Origin: Lama glama
Taxonomy: Eukaryota
Assembly: GCA_028534125.1 (NCBI GenBank)
Contig: CM052817.1
Location: 2,916,001 to 2,980,000, forward strand
Direction of reading: 5' to 3'
Length of the DNA: 64,000 nt
Shown: positions 11,211-22,560 of the stretch, one piece after another
Layout of the letters: every line of letters starts with the position of its first letter
Position numbering within the stretch: the first letter of the stretch is position 1
Translations under genes and position numbers: made by a program
The notes under the pieces: model-generated
Seen by the model: the letters and a program-made list of their open reading frames with translations, nothing else
The model's database searches: none
Told to the model about the DNA's origin: nothing

Positions 11211-12759
11211 ACTTGCCTTCAGCCTGACATCATGTCCCCGCTCAGCACCCAACAAGGATCAGTGCCTCTGGTCCTGATCCTCAAAGATGAATCCCTCGGT
11301 GCGTTCCCTCGGCACCTGGGGTCGAGGAAGCCAGGAAGGGTACCAGGCAGACGTCCTATTGCAGGACTTCTCAGAGCCTCGATAGCTGACATGATGGAAT
11401 GCCTGGAGGAGTACATCACGTCCCTGCTCCAGACTCACTGGTCAGAACCCCCATGTCCTCCAAGACCCCTTATGCACGACCGGTGGGCACTGTTTCCTCA
11501 TTCTTAAGGTCTTTAAGGGACAGCCCCACTGCATGCAGCTCTGCTGTAGGGCCTGAGGACAGTGGAGGACTAGGGGACAAGGCTCAGTCCTGGAGTGGTC
11601 ACCCTAGACAGAGCTGAGGGTGAGAGAGGATGGGCCACACCAGCCTCGACATGTCCTCCCTGAGACCCCGAGCCCAGAGTGAGCCTGTCCCAAGGCTGGT
11701 GGGGTCAGCAATGGGGAGAGGGACAGGGGTAAGCCAGGGCCTCTGGGGAGGGTCTTGGCCGACACGACGCGGAGCCAGAATCTTCTTTTCAGGGTGAAGT
11801 TGCGCCGGGAGGGTCTTGGGCTGCAGACGCCTCTGTGCAGGCTGCCAGGCGCTCCCCCAGCTGCACTCCTGCTGGAGGTCTGGATTAGCAAATTTCATTT
11901 TATCAAAGTGCTCTGGTGATTAGGTCTCTTAAGATCTGAATTCAGTCTGGTCATTCAACAAGGAGACTAAATCTTCGATTCAGGCCCAGGGATGTGCCAC
12001 CAGCAGCCACTGGGAGCTGGCCAGCCTGGGCGGGGGGATGTGTGACATTTCTGACCCGCGGCGGGGGGTGGGGGGTGGGGGGTGGGGAGGTGAGCTGAGA
12101 AAGCAGGCGGAGGCACGGCTGGCTCTCTGGGGAACCGGCGAGGCCCTGGATGGGTTTAGGGAGGAGAAGGGGACGCCTGCCTGGGGGGTAGGAGGCACAT
12201 CGCAGTCCAGGCCTGTCCCTCTCTGCTGCCACAGCCCGGGACGGGGGAGGACCTGGCTGCTCCTCTCTGCAGGGAGGGGAAGGAGTTTCTGGAGCCTAGA
12301 GTCACTGCCCCGTCTCCGCCAGCCTGGCCCTGCCTGTGCTCCGTGGGGCTGCGCTCAGAGCCCTCCACTCACCTTGGTACCGTGGAGGAGCAGCGAGCCC
12401 TCCCTGCCGCCCGAGGCTGCGTTCCTAACAAGCCTTGTTCTGTCTGATGAAAGAGGAGGGCCACTTGTCAGAAGGCACAAGACATCTTTTTAAAACCACG
12501 CACTACAAGATCTCACAGGCTTTGATACGCTTTTAAACTCTGAGTCATCTTGAGTCCCACCTGGGTGGGCCGCCTGCCCGGCGGGGGCCTGGGGTGGCTG
12601 CACAGAGGACCCGCCACGTGCTGATGTTTGAGGCCCTTCCGACAGTGACCACGAGGAAGGGCCCTGAAGCGGCCCACGTGGAAAATGGCCCCGGAGAGAG
12701 GGCGGGAGTGACAGCGGGGTTAATGCAGGGCAGAGGGTACTTTAGTGCTTGACTCTATG

Positions 12760-12950
12760 GGCCTGTTAGTCTGCATGGCCACTGTGCCAGTGGCTGTGAG
12801 GCTTAAATGACACACAGTTAGTTCTCAGAGCTGTGGAGGCTGGAGAGCCGAGATCCAGGGGCCCCCTCTGTCCCTGGCTTGTGTCCTCGTGGGGCAGAGA
12901 GTCCTCTGGTGTCTCTTGAGGACACTAATGGCCGTATAAGACATCACGGG
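12760..12950 (-). mobile_element. Degenerate MLT1 (MaLR) LTR fragment
   Basis: GGCTTAAATGACACACAGTTAGTTCTCAGAGCTGTGGAGGCTGGAGAGCCGAGATCCAGG resembles the MLT1 copies at 25.7 kb and 28.3 kb. Confidence 0.5.
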
Positions 12951-12959
12951 GGCCCCAGG

Positions 12960-13770
12960 TCTCGAGACGGCCTTCCTTTTTAAGGCTGAATGATCTCCCG
13001 TTGACAGAGGCCACAGTGTGCTTAGCCGCTGCCGGCCTCACGGGCTGTTTCCAGCTTCCGGCTGTTGGGAAGGACGCTGCTGTGAACATGCGCGTGCAAG
13101 GCTTTGTGCGGACCTGTGTTTTGGTTTATCTTTATTTCTCTCATTCTCGTCTGTTTGTTTTTCATATATGCCTAGGAGTGGAATTGCTGGGTTATACGAG
13201 TAGTCTGTGTGTATCCTCCGGAGGCTCTGGCAAACCGCCTCCTGCGGTGGCTGCGCCCTTCCCCGCCCCGCACAAGGGCCCGGCTCCCCCGGCCTCGGCA
13301 GCGCCTGCTGCTCCCCGGTCTGTTTTGTCGCAGGGCTACAGTGGCCCTGGTGGGTGTGCCGCGGCGGCTCCCTGCTGCCTGGATTTGCATTTCCTCAAGG
13401 ACAGTGATGTTGAGCATCTTGTGTTTGCTTCTTGGCTGTTCCTGTACCTTCTCTGGAAAAACATGTCTGTTCAGTCCTTTGCCCATGTTTAAGTGGAGCG
13501 TTGGTCCTTTTGCTGCTGAGCTGTCAGAGTTCTTTATATGTTCTGGAGACTCAGCACTTAGCAGATCTATGATTTGCAGATATTTTCTCCGGTTCTGCGA
13601 CTGGTGTTTCCACTTTCTTGGTAACGTCCTTTGACGCACGGAAGGGTCTACTTTTCCTGAAGTCCGGTTGATCTGTGGTGACGTTGCGGCTCTTGCTTTT
13701 GGTGTCGTATCCAAGAATCCGAGGTCATCAGAATCTACCCTTGTGCTTCCTCCCACAGCTTTATGCTTTT
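12960..13770 (-). mobile_element. L1M (L1MB/MC-like) ORF2-end/3'UTR fragment
   Basis: Hallmark antisense L1 motifs: GCTGCTGTGAACAT, ATATATGCCTAGGAGTGGAATTGCTGGGT, GATTTGCATTTCC, GATGTTGAGCATCTT, GATTTGCAGATATTTTCTCC. Confidence 0.8.
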
Positions 13771-14919
13771 GCGGGAGAACTCTTACTGGCATGTAACACA
13801 CGGGAGTCCGTGAATCTGCCATGCGCAGCCTGACAAGTCCTCACACACTGGACACACCCAGTAACCGGCACCCAGACCGAGAAGGAGCATGCCCAGCCCC
13901 CCAGACGCCCCTGGGAGCCCCCAATGGCAGCCCCCACCCTGACCCTAACAGTGTAGATTCATTTGCCTCATTTTGAACTTTGTAAAACTGGAATCTGCTC
14001 TTTAGTGTCTGACTTCCTTCGCTCAGCCTTGGATCTGTCAGAGGCCTCTGTGCTGATAGTTCGGGGGTGGGGTTGGGGGACCCACAGAGTCAGGGACCCC
14101 CGGGCTGGAGGCCGAGGCCACAAGGGCCAGACTCCTGGGCTGCAAGCCTGGCTCCACCGCCTCACACTGTGTGACCTTGCTCAGCTTCCTCTACCTCTCT
14201 GTGCCCTTATGGAAACGAGGGTAGTGATGCACCTCATCTCAAGGATGAAGGCAAGTGAGCGCGTGGAAGGGCTTCTGGCTCACGCTGTGGGAGTCAGAGG
14301 CAGCCCCCGCCCCCACCCCGCCCTGGGGCTGTTACTTTTGGAGACCAGGTGCTAGAGGGGGGAGGTGCTTTCTAGGCGGAGGGAAGAGCCAGGATGCGGG
14401 GCTGGCTCTCTGCTCAGCCTTAATTCTCGTTGGTCGGGTCGGGGTGTCCAGCCTGTCACCTTGGAAAATGCCCCCGCAGTCTCCTCTGTCCACCTGACTG
14501 ACGTGTGGAGACGTGGCGATGGCTGTGTCCGTTTCCCTGATCAGGCGCTGTCTCCCCCAAGTAGCTGCCACCGAACTTCTCTGTTTGAAGTCGTGAGGGT
14601 GGGTTCCCCCGACCCAGAGTGAAGGGGGGTGCCTGCAGGAGCGGGGTGTGAGGGCAGTCACAGGTCGTGGTGACAACTGGGACCTTGCTGACAGGAGGTT
14701 TCTGCTTAAAGCTACAGAGCTGCTCCCGTCCCTGATTCTACCTCAGAGAGGGGGCTGCTCTGACGCCCTGGCATTTGGATGCTGGACATCACTGAAATGG
14801 TGTGTCCCTCTCACTGCCCCGGGGCCCAGTGCTGTGGTGTGATGCGCTACCCAGATCAATCCTGCATCTAGGGGTTCCTGAAGTGACCCCCTGCCAGGTC
14901 CTGCCCTCGGAGGCTCACT

Positions 14920-15130
14920 GTCTAGCAAGGAAGAATTACCTGAAATGATTGTCAAACTCTGAAATGGGGCTCTGGGAGCCCAGAACAGGGATATGTTCAG
15001 GGGGCACTTCCAAGAGGAGGTGGCATGGCCGTGAGATAGGAAGGTCCAGGTGGCCCGGGTGGGAGAGTGGGAAGAGCACTCCAGGTGGAAGGGACGGCAG
15101 GTGCAAAGGCCCAGAGGCTGCAGAGCAGAC
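14920..15130 (-). mobile_element. L2 fragment
   Basis: CTTCCAAGAGGAGGTGGC...CACTCCAGGTGGAAGGGACGGCAGGTGCAAAGGCCCAGAGG, a typical antisense L2 motif. Confidence 0.5.
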
Positions 15131-16042
15131 GGGACTGAGGATGCAGCCTCCTGACACTTCCCAGAAGCATCCCTTTGCCTGAAGACCTCGCTGGGCCACG
15201 TCCACTGGCACATCGGGCCCCACGCAGGAGAGGAGCCTGCTCTGGGTTCTTCCTCCCGACACGCAGGGGTCACCTGGGGCCTGGTTTGCAGGAGAGGCAC
15301 CGGGGGCCAGGGGAGGGAAAACGAGAGGCTTGTGATGAATTTCACTGCGGTACTTACTGACTCAGGGGAGTGAGCATTACTAAGTCAGATTCAGAGAGTG
15401 GTGATTAACCTCCCCGTTTTAGGGCAGAGCGAGTCGGGGCTGAGCATCGCAGGCAGCAGCAGGATGCAGCCCCGCCCGCTCCCAGGTCCCAGTACAGTCC
15501 TGCTCGATACAGTGTATTGGGGTGGTTTTTGTACCTTGTTGAAAGAAGCCAAACTTGCCAATGTAAATTGCTTTGGTTATTTCAGTGTTAATATTTTAAT
15601 CTGGTTTAATGGGTTTTAAGAACTATAAAACAGTAAACGCTAATTGAGAAAACTGAGCAATACAAGGATACAAAAAGAAAATGAGTCATCATTTTCACCC
15701 CACCCTCACCTCCCCAACCCCCCACGTACAGAGATGCGTGGGACCTGGCCCCTCTCTGCCTCATGCTGGGCAGACCCCTCTGCCGCTGAGCTGGGAGGAG
15801 CAGGTGACACAGCTGCTCTCCTGGGGACGGGTCTCTGCTCCTAGGCTGGCCCTCAGCACCCTGGACAGCCTGGGTCACCACTGGTCCCGTCCCATCCTGC
15901 CCCACAATATGGGCTCCCTGCTACACCACCCGCATTCCAGCCTCAGCTGAGCACCTGGGGTGGGCGCGCTGTGCCCCGAGCTGAGTGCTGCTGTTCGGGC
16001 CCCTCACCCCGTGCTAACGCTGCCTCTCTGTGCTTCGTCCAG

Positions 16043-16130
16043 GCGGGGGAGAAGCACTACCACCCTCTGTGTGCACTATGCGTCCGGTGCGGCCGGATGT
16101 TTTCGGAAGGCGAGGAGATGTACCTGCAAG
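16043..16130 (+). CDS. ABLIM2: ABLIM2 coding exon (exon 7 equivalent), LIM4
   Basis: cttcgtccag|GCG acceptor, AAG|gtgaga donor, 88 nt. Encodes AGEKHYHPLCALCVRCGRMFSEGEEMYLQ(G). Confidence 0.97.
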
Positions 16131-17058
16131 GTGAGAAGATGTGTGCTGCTCCGGACCCTCGGGTGACGCGCCCTGTGCTGGGTGTGAACGCGTGGGTCAC
16201 ACAAGCTTCCCGGGTGGTTAGGAAGTCCTGCCCCTCAGCGGGGGTGGGGGGCCTGGCTGGGCGGGGGTCCCCACCACCCAGCACCCGCCGGTCTAGGCAG
16301 ACTGACAGACAGCCTGCCTCCTTTTGCATCATCCGTCCAGGTGATGTCCGTGAACCTGAGATGGACGAGATTTTTAAAAAGGTTGAATTCAAGAGCAGGA
16401 CCCAGGAGTGCTGGAAATGTGGGGCCTCATGGCAAAATGTGAAACAACAGGTAGTCCATGGTGCCTGTGGGGGCTTCAGGCCTGTCCCAAAAGCCCCTCA
16501 GCCCAGGGTCCAGGTTGATGAAGGGACGTGGAGACCAGTCACTCCCGAGGCTTCCTTCCTGGCCAGGGGAGTCACCAGAGCGTCAGTAGGAGTTTTGGAG
16601 ACAAAAACAGCCAACCTTCTAAGCAGTTCGTGCATTTCGTGGGAAATCCCCCAACCCGGTCACCATTAAAAATAAAAACAGTAACAATAGAGCGAAGGCG
16701 AAGCGTCCTGTGGCCACCAGACCCGGAGAAACAGCGGGGCGGCCAGCTGCCCTCCTTCCTTCTGCAGTGACCCCTCTCTGCTCATTGCTACTGGTTTAAA
16801 AATTACATCAACGCTCAGCCCGGAGCTCGCAGCCCCGTCTGTTCGCTGACAACATGTTTCTTCCCTGGGGCTTGGGGGGACACAGCCGCTCTCCTCTGAC
16901 TACACTTAGTGTGTCACTCTGATGGCCCTCCCCCCCCCCCCCGCGGCGCCCTCATTCCCGAGCCGCCGCGGTGAAGGAAGCTGGTTCCACACTTGTTGAG
17001 GCAGCAGAGGAGGGGGAGCCGGCCGACTCCGAATTTGACCAGGATGGCTGGACATCCG

Positions 17059-17158
17059 NNNNNNNNNNNNNNNNNNNNNNNNNNNNNNNNNNNNNNNNNN
17101 NNNNNNNNNNNNNNNNNNNNNNNNNNNNNNNNNNNNNNNNNNNNNNNNNNNNNNNNNN
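17059..17158. other. Assembly gap (100 N)
   Basis: Run of N. Confidence 1.
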
Positions 17159-18704
17159 GCTGGCCTCACAGGACTCCTGCTGAAGGCCGGCCAGGGCCTG
17201 GACAGCGAAGTCAGAGGTGGGGAACGAGGTGCGGTCAGAGATGGAGTAGGGAGGTTCCCTCTAAACCACTCAGCAGGATTCTTGCAGAGACTGGGCCCAG
17301 CAGATTGGAGACCTCCGAGGGGCCCAAGGCAGGATGGGTTAGAGGCTGAGACCCCCCCTCTCTGTCGTCACAGAGTCTTTGCAATGACGTCTCTGTCTCC
17401 TGTGACCCCGAGGCAGGCTGATCAGGGCCGCACACTGCCCCATAGACCAGCCATTGGGTGACCTCACCCAGCGTCCTTCTGGGCCGAGTGTCACACAGGC
17501 CTCCTTTTCTGAGACTGAACCTCATGTGGTGATGTCAGCCAGGATAGCCTGGTCCCCAGTGTCCCCTCTTGTTCCTCAGTCTCCAGAGCTTGTGAAAGGG
17601 GTTCTTTGCGCCCCTCCCAGCTGCACTGGGTTGCCCAGTTGGGGAGGGGTCCCCCTGCCCGAGGTGCCCACCCCCACCATCAATAGTGCTTTCTGTACCA
17701 GGACGTTCTGATGCCAAGCACTGTGACGTTGGGACAGCAGCTCGGGGACGGGGGCTCACCATCAAGGGGGACCCAGTCTCAGAAACAAAGACACTCTTCA
17801 TGGCTCTGGGCTGAGGCTGGAAGCCTGTTTGCAAAGCGGAACCTGCCGTGACTTTCCGTGGGATGGTGAAGCCAGACCCATCCCCTCCCAGCCTCGTATG
17901 TCCCAGTTGGACCATGAGGGTTTGGCCCCAGGCGGCGATTTTTAAGCTCCGCTCCACGGAGCACAGGGGTCCACGGTGAGGGGTCTCTTTGGGGCTCTGG
18001 CCCCGCTCTGCATGAGACCACCCTGAGACCCGCTGCCTGGTCCACCTGGATGCTGGGGCCCTCCAAGGGAGATGAGGCAGGCCATCCCCACCCCCAGCCC
18101 CAGTACCAGTGCCACCACCCAGCCCTGGACACAACTTCCTCTGTAGGCTCAGCAAACATAGGAGAGTGTGGTGGACTCTCTCACTGTCAGGGGACCCCGA
18201 TCAAAATACCGATTAGATGCTACTTTTTCCAGTGGGTTGATGAAGAAATGACACGTCCCTGTGTTGTGAGCACTGGAGGAAATGGGCCTCTCACCTGGCT
18301 GGTGGGCAAAAATTGAGAAATTAACCATTTGCCTCAGAGCCTTAAAAATGCCCACACCCTCTGGGGCCAGACTCCACTTCTAGGAGGCCCTCCAGTAAAC
18401 AAGAGGGGGGCGTCTGAGCCTGTGTGCAGTGGCGTCTCCACAACTTTGTTTAGAAATACAACGGAGCTGACAGGCCAGGAGCAGAGACAGGAATTCTCAG
18501 CCGTCCGCACGACTGAATGTCACACAGCCTTTCAAGTGACCGTATTTAATTATGTGGAAAAATATCAAGACATTTTTAAGCAAAAACCGCAGGATAGGAC
18601 ACTGTGCGCGTGTGTTCTGTCTGATACGCACGTGTGCACCGGGAGGCCGCCAGCCCTGGGGGTGCGAGGCTGCGGGTGATATAGTTTTCAACTTTCAAAA
18701 ATAT

Positions 18705-18857
18705 TTTATTTATTTATTTTTTGTTTTGCTTTGGGGGAGGGAGTTAATTAGGCTTCTTTCTTTATTATTATTACTACTTTTTAACGGAGGAACCGGGGAT
18801 TGAACCCAGGGCCTCAGCATGCTAAGCACACGCTCTGCCACTGAGCTCTGCCCTCCC
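18705..18857 (-). mobile_element. tRNA-derived SINE (camelid Vic-1-like)
   Basis: Reverse complement of the SINE at 1684: T-rich tail, TAATTAGG, GGGGATTGAACCCAGG (B box), GCATGCTAAGCACACGCTCTGCCACTGAGCT (A box). Confidence 0.85.
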
Positions 18858-18972
18858 TGCGACGGATGATTTTAATTTTCTTATTTATTCATTTTTAGGC
18901 TTGTTGAAATTTTAATAAACATCATCAATTGTCTTTGTAATTGCAAACAATTGTTTTGAAAAAACAAAAGCT

Positions 18973-19003
18973 TACACACGCGCGCGCGCACACACACACA
19001 CAC
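18973..19003. repeat. Alternating purine-pyrimidine (CA/CG) microsatellite
   Basis: TACACACGCGCGCGCGCACACACACACACAC. Confidence 0.9.
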
Positions 19004-20038
19004 AGAGCGATCAATCCAGGTCTGCCAGGCGGCTGCCAGTCAGGGCAGGTGTTTAACAGGGAGGAGCGGAGATGAGTTCCCTTCCCAGGTGTTAAGCGAC
19101 CTGGAGGCTTTGCCAGCAGAAACGGACAGGCGCTCCTTCCTTCCACCCAGCTGTTGAGGCCCTACTATGTGCCAGGCCCATGTGGTTTGTTGAGGGGATA
19201 TTGGAGGGTGTTGGACACACCGTCACCTTCAGGGGCATGGCCCCCAAGTCATTACCCCTATTTAATTCCATTAAATTCTCCCAATGGCCTGCGAGGTAGG
19301 GTGTCATTGGCCCTGCGTGCAGGTGGGGAAAATCTGAGACTGGGGAAGGTCGAGTTTGAATTAGCGCAGGGCCTTGGGGCCCTTCGAGACCTGTTACCTT
19401 GATGGCGGTGGCTGTCGATGTGGGACACTGGGTGGGGCTGGCAAGTAAAGAGACTGAGGCCCCAGTGGGTCAGCTCAGAGACCCCGTGAATGAGTGAGGG
19501 GTGGGGCCCCCACCCGAGGCCCTGCTCTTCACCCCACACTACGGTTCCCATGTGAGGGGCTCCCTCCCGCCTCCCAGCCGAGAGCCCTTCCCCAAAGCCC
19601 TCATGCCCCAGGTGAGTTCCCACCTGGCTCCGGTCCCCAGGGTGCCTGCGGCTGGGCCTGGCCTCTGCCCACCTCGCATGGAGAGGAGCGGGTTGGAAGT
19701 CACCTGGCAGCCCCTTTCTGTCCCCAGCCTGTGAACCAGAAGCTACCCATGTCTGGCTGCCTGGGGCTAGGGTTCCGAGGGACCGGGTGCAGGCCCCCGG
19801 GGAGCAGGTAGCCCACGGTGGTGAGTTTCCCATCCCTCTCATGTCCCCCCAGTGGGGCTATGAGCCCCAGTGATCTACACACCCCAGGCTCAGCACTGAC
19901 CCTGTGACTCTGGCCCAGAGGAGCACAGGTGATGAGAATCCATGTGTGGACCACCAGCTCCCTCCTCCTGACGCTCCATGCGACCCCAGCATCCGGGGAC
20001 ATGACATTAACACTTCCCTTTTGCAACTCCGTCCACAG

Positions 20039-20097
20039 GCTCCTCCATCTGGCACCCGGCGTGTCGTCAAGCAGCGAGGACTGAAGACAAAAACAAG
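20039..20097 (+). CDS. ABLIM2: ABLIM2 coding exon (exon 8 equivalent), end of LIM4
   Basis: gtccacag|GC acceptor, AAG|gttggt donor, 59 nt. Encodes (G)SSIWHPACRQAARTEDKNK. Confidence 0.96.
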
Positions 20098-20329
20098 GTT
20101 GGTGGAATTCACTGTCTCCTCTGACACCTTTCACGCCTTCTGTGCAGTCTTCACACAGTTAAGGGGACGCTGACAACGTCTGCAGACTCACTGGCCTGTC
20201 CCTCTGGGGGCGGGTGGCCTGAGGCCTGTGGGTGTCAAGGCAGAACGGCTGGGAGACACTGCTGGGTGCGGTGGGGGCGTCCCAGGGTCGCCCTGCACTG
20301 GCCAGGCTCTGAAAGTGGCCAAAGTTTGG

Positions 20330-20890
20330 GGACAAGTGCAAAGTTAGTGGGTCTCCAAACAGTCCCCAAGACTGTTCACAATTCTGACACCAACTGCCAG
20401 TTCCAGGGGTCCCCACAACTGCCCTCAGTTCAACAGTGAGCGAGAAGGACTCACAGAGGTCACTGAAAACTATCATATTCACGATTATGGTTTATTAGGG
20501 GGCAGGATGCAGAGTGAAATCTGCCCAGCATGGGGCAGGGTCCTGGAGGGTCCAAACACACAGTGCCACTGTCCCCTCCCGGCGGAGTCAGGACTCGGCA
20601 CCTCCCAGCATCAGTGGGTGACAGCATGCCCTGAGTGTTGCCAATCAGGGAAGGTCCACGTCCAGAGATCTTACGGGGGCTCTGTTGATGGGTTGGTTGA
20701 TGGGTTGGTGGGTTGGTTGGTTGGTTGCCATGTGGTTGATTCCACTCTGGGTGGCATGAGCCAAGACCACCCAAATCACACAGTTGGTGTGGCATAGCCA
20801 GCCCCACCCCAGGACTTTTGGGTGTGGCTCATGCCCTCCCTAAACAAAGACATCCTATCGAGTGTGACACAGATCACCTTCCAGAAGTGA
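20330..20890. mobile_element. MER21-like LTR remnant
   Basis: GGGGTCCCCACAACTGCCCTCAGTTC...AGAAGGACTCACAGA...TTATGGTTTATT...GTGTTGCCAATCAGGGAAG resemble MER21 (recalled consensus). Confidence 0.6.
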
Positions 20891-22454
20891 AGGCAATGGC
20901 CTGGCCAAGTTCCTCACCCCTCAGAGGCCCTGCTGGGTGCCAGGCAGGAGGTGCAACATGAGGAAGGAGGCAGGCGTGTACCTGGCCCTCCTGGGGCTGG
21001 CTTTCCAGAGAGAGAAAGAAATCAATGCCTAAACAGGCAAATAATGTCACAACAGCTGGCCAGGTGGAACAGCAGGGAAGGACCAACTTGACCTGGGATG
21101 GTGAGGGTGGGGGTGGCCTCCAGAGGACTGAGCTGGAGCTAGACTTGGAAGATGAGACGGTGCCAGCCCTGAAGACAGGAAGAGGTAGAGGGTTCCAGGC
21201 ATGGTAGAGGCTTGTGCAAAGGCCCTGAGGCAGGAACAAGGCGTGTTCCTTTGGGCTGGGGTGGCAGTGCAGTGAGCAGGGGAGGAGTCCCGCTGCCCCC
21301 ACGCTGGTGCACCTCTGCCCAGCACCTTGCCCACCCTTTCTCCCCAGCATCTTCCAAACCTGTCCCGTCCCTCAGCAATGCCCTCTTGTGACCATGCCTC
21401 CTGGCCAACTCCTCCTCTGGGTCTTTTAAGACTCATCTAGAATGTCAGCCCCGAGGACTTTGCTGAATCCTCCCACTGCCCTACGTCCTCAGCTCACACC
21501 CCAGCTGCCCCTTCCCTCGGAGCCTGGGGGCAAGGCACCTGTCTCTCTGTCCTGAATTCCTGGCTCCTGGCTCAAGTCCTGGCATGTGACACACTCAAGT
21601 GTTTGTCAAATGAAGGAAGGAGGTGACTCTTGGGGTAAATACAGCCCGGGGGACCACAGGCCCCCGGAAAAGACGCGTCTCAGCCAGCTCTGCTCCCTCA
21701 GGCACTACAGGAGCCAGGGAGCCCCCAGCCCCAAGAGCCAAGCCTATGCGATGCTCAGAATCCCTTTGCGGGGCGGGGGGGTTGCTGTGCCACCCGCAGT
21801 TTCAGGTGAAGACCCTGAGATGAACTGGGTCCCCAGGGGTGGCTGAGAGGAACGGAGGCTGGAGATTCAGGCAGGGCTCCCGGGAAGAGTGTGGGGGGAG
21901 GGCCAACCTGGGGGCCTCAGCGGCCCCCTGAGACTCTCCGGTAGCTGCGTTTACCAGGAGGGACTGGTGCCCAGAGGAACCCTGCCCCGGGAAAGGGGCG
22001 GAGTCTGCTACTGGGGGTACTTTGCTCTTTACTGTTGACGTGGGTTCTGTCCTCTGAGTCCTTCAGTAATACATTTACTGCGGGAGCCAGGGGAGCCCCC
22101 TCGCCCTTGGCTGTGTGGTGTGGGCAGGTCCAGAGCAGCAAACCCGAGCTGAAAGCCAGGTGTCAGCCTGTCCCCAGACCCAGCAGACACTGCGGGTGCT
22201 CAGGGTTTGGGAATTCCTGGTGGGGCTGGACAGAAATCCACCTTGTGAACTTTGATGAACCTAGAAGACGTGACAGGGTACGGACTGGCGGAGGGGACCC
22301 TCCTCATACCGGCCCCCTCAGAGTGGGTGGGACCCAACCCAATTCAGTGGACCCTTGCTAAGCCTGTTCTGAAAGAACCAAACAGAGGGAAATTCCCCCC
22401 CTTTCTTTAGCAATCAATTTCAGTGGGTTTGGAAGCCCACCCCCGCCACCTTTT

Positions 22455-22560
22455 CCTGCATCCATTCATTCATGATTCATTCATTCAGCAGAACTTCCTT
22501 GAGGTCTGGTTGTGCCAAGCCCCGTTCTCGGCCTGGGGTGCCAAGGTGGCCGAGTCACAA
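22455..22560 (-). mobile_element. L2 3' tail
   Basis: CATTCATTCATGATTCATTCATTCAGCAGAACTTCCTTGAGG...TGTGCCAAGCCC. Confidence 0.6.
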
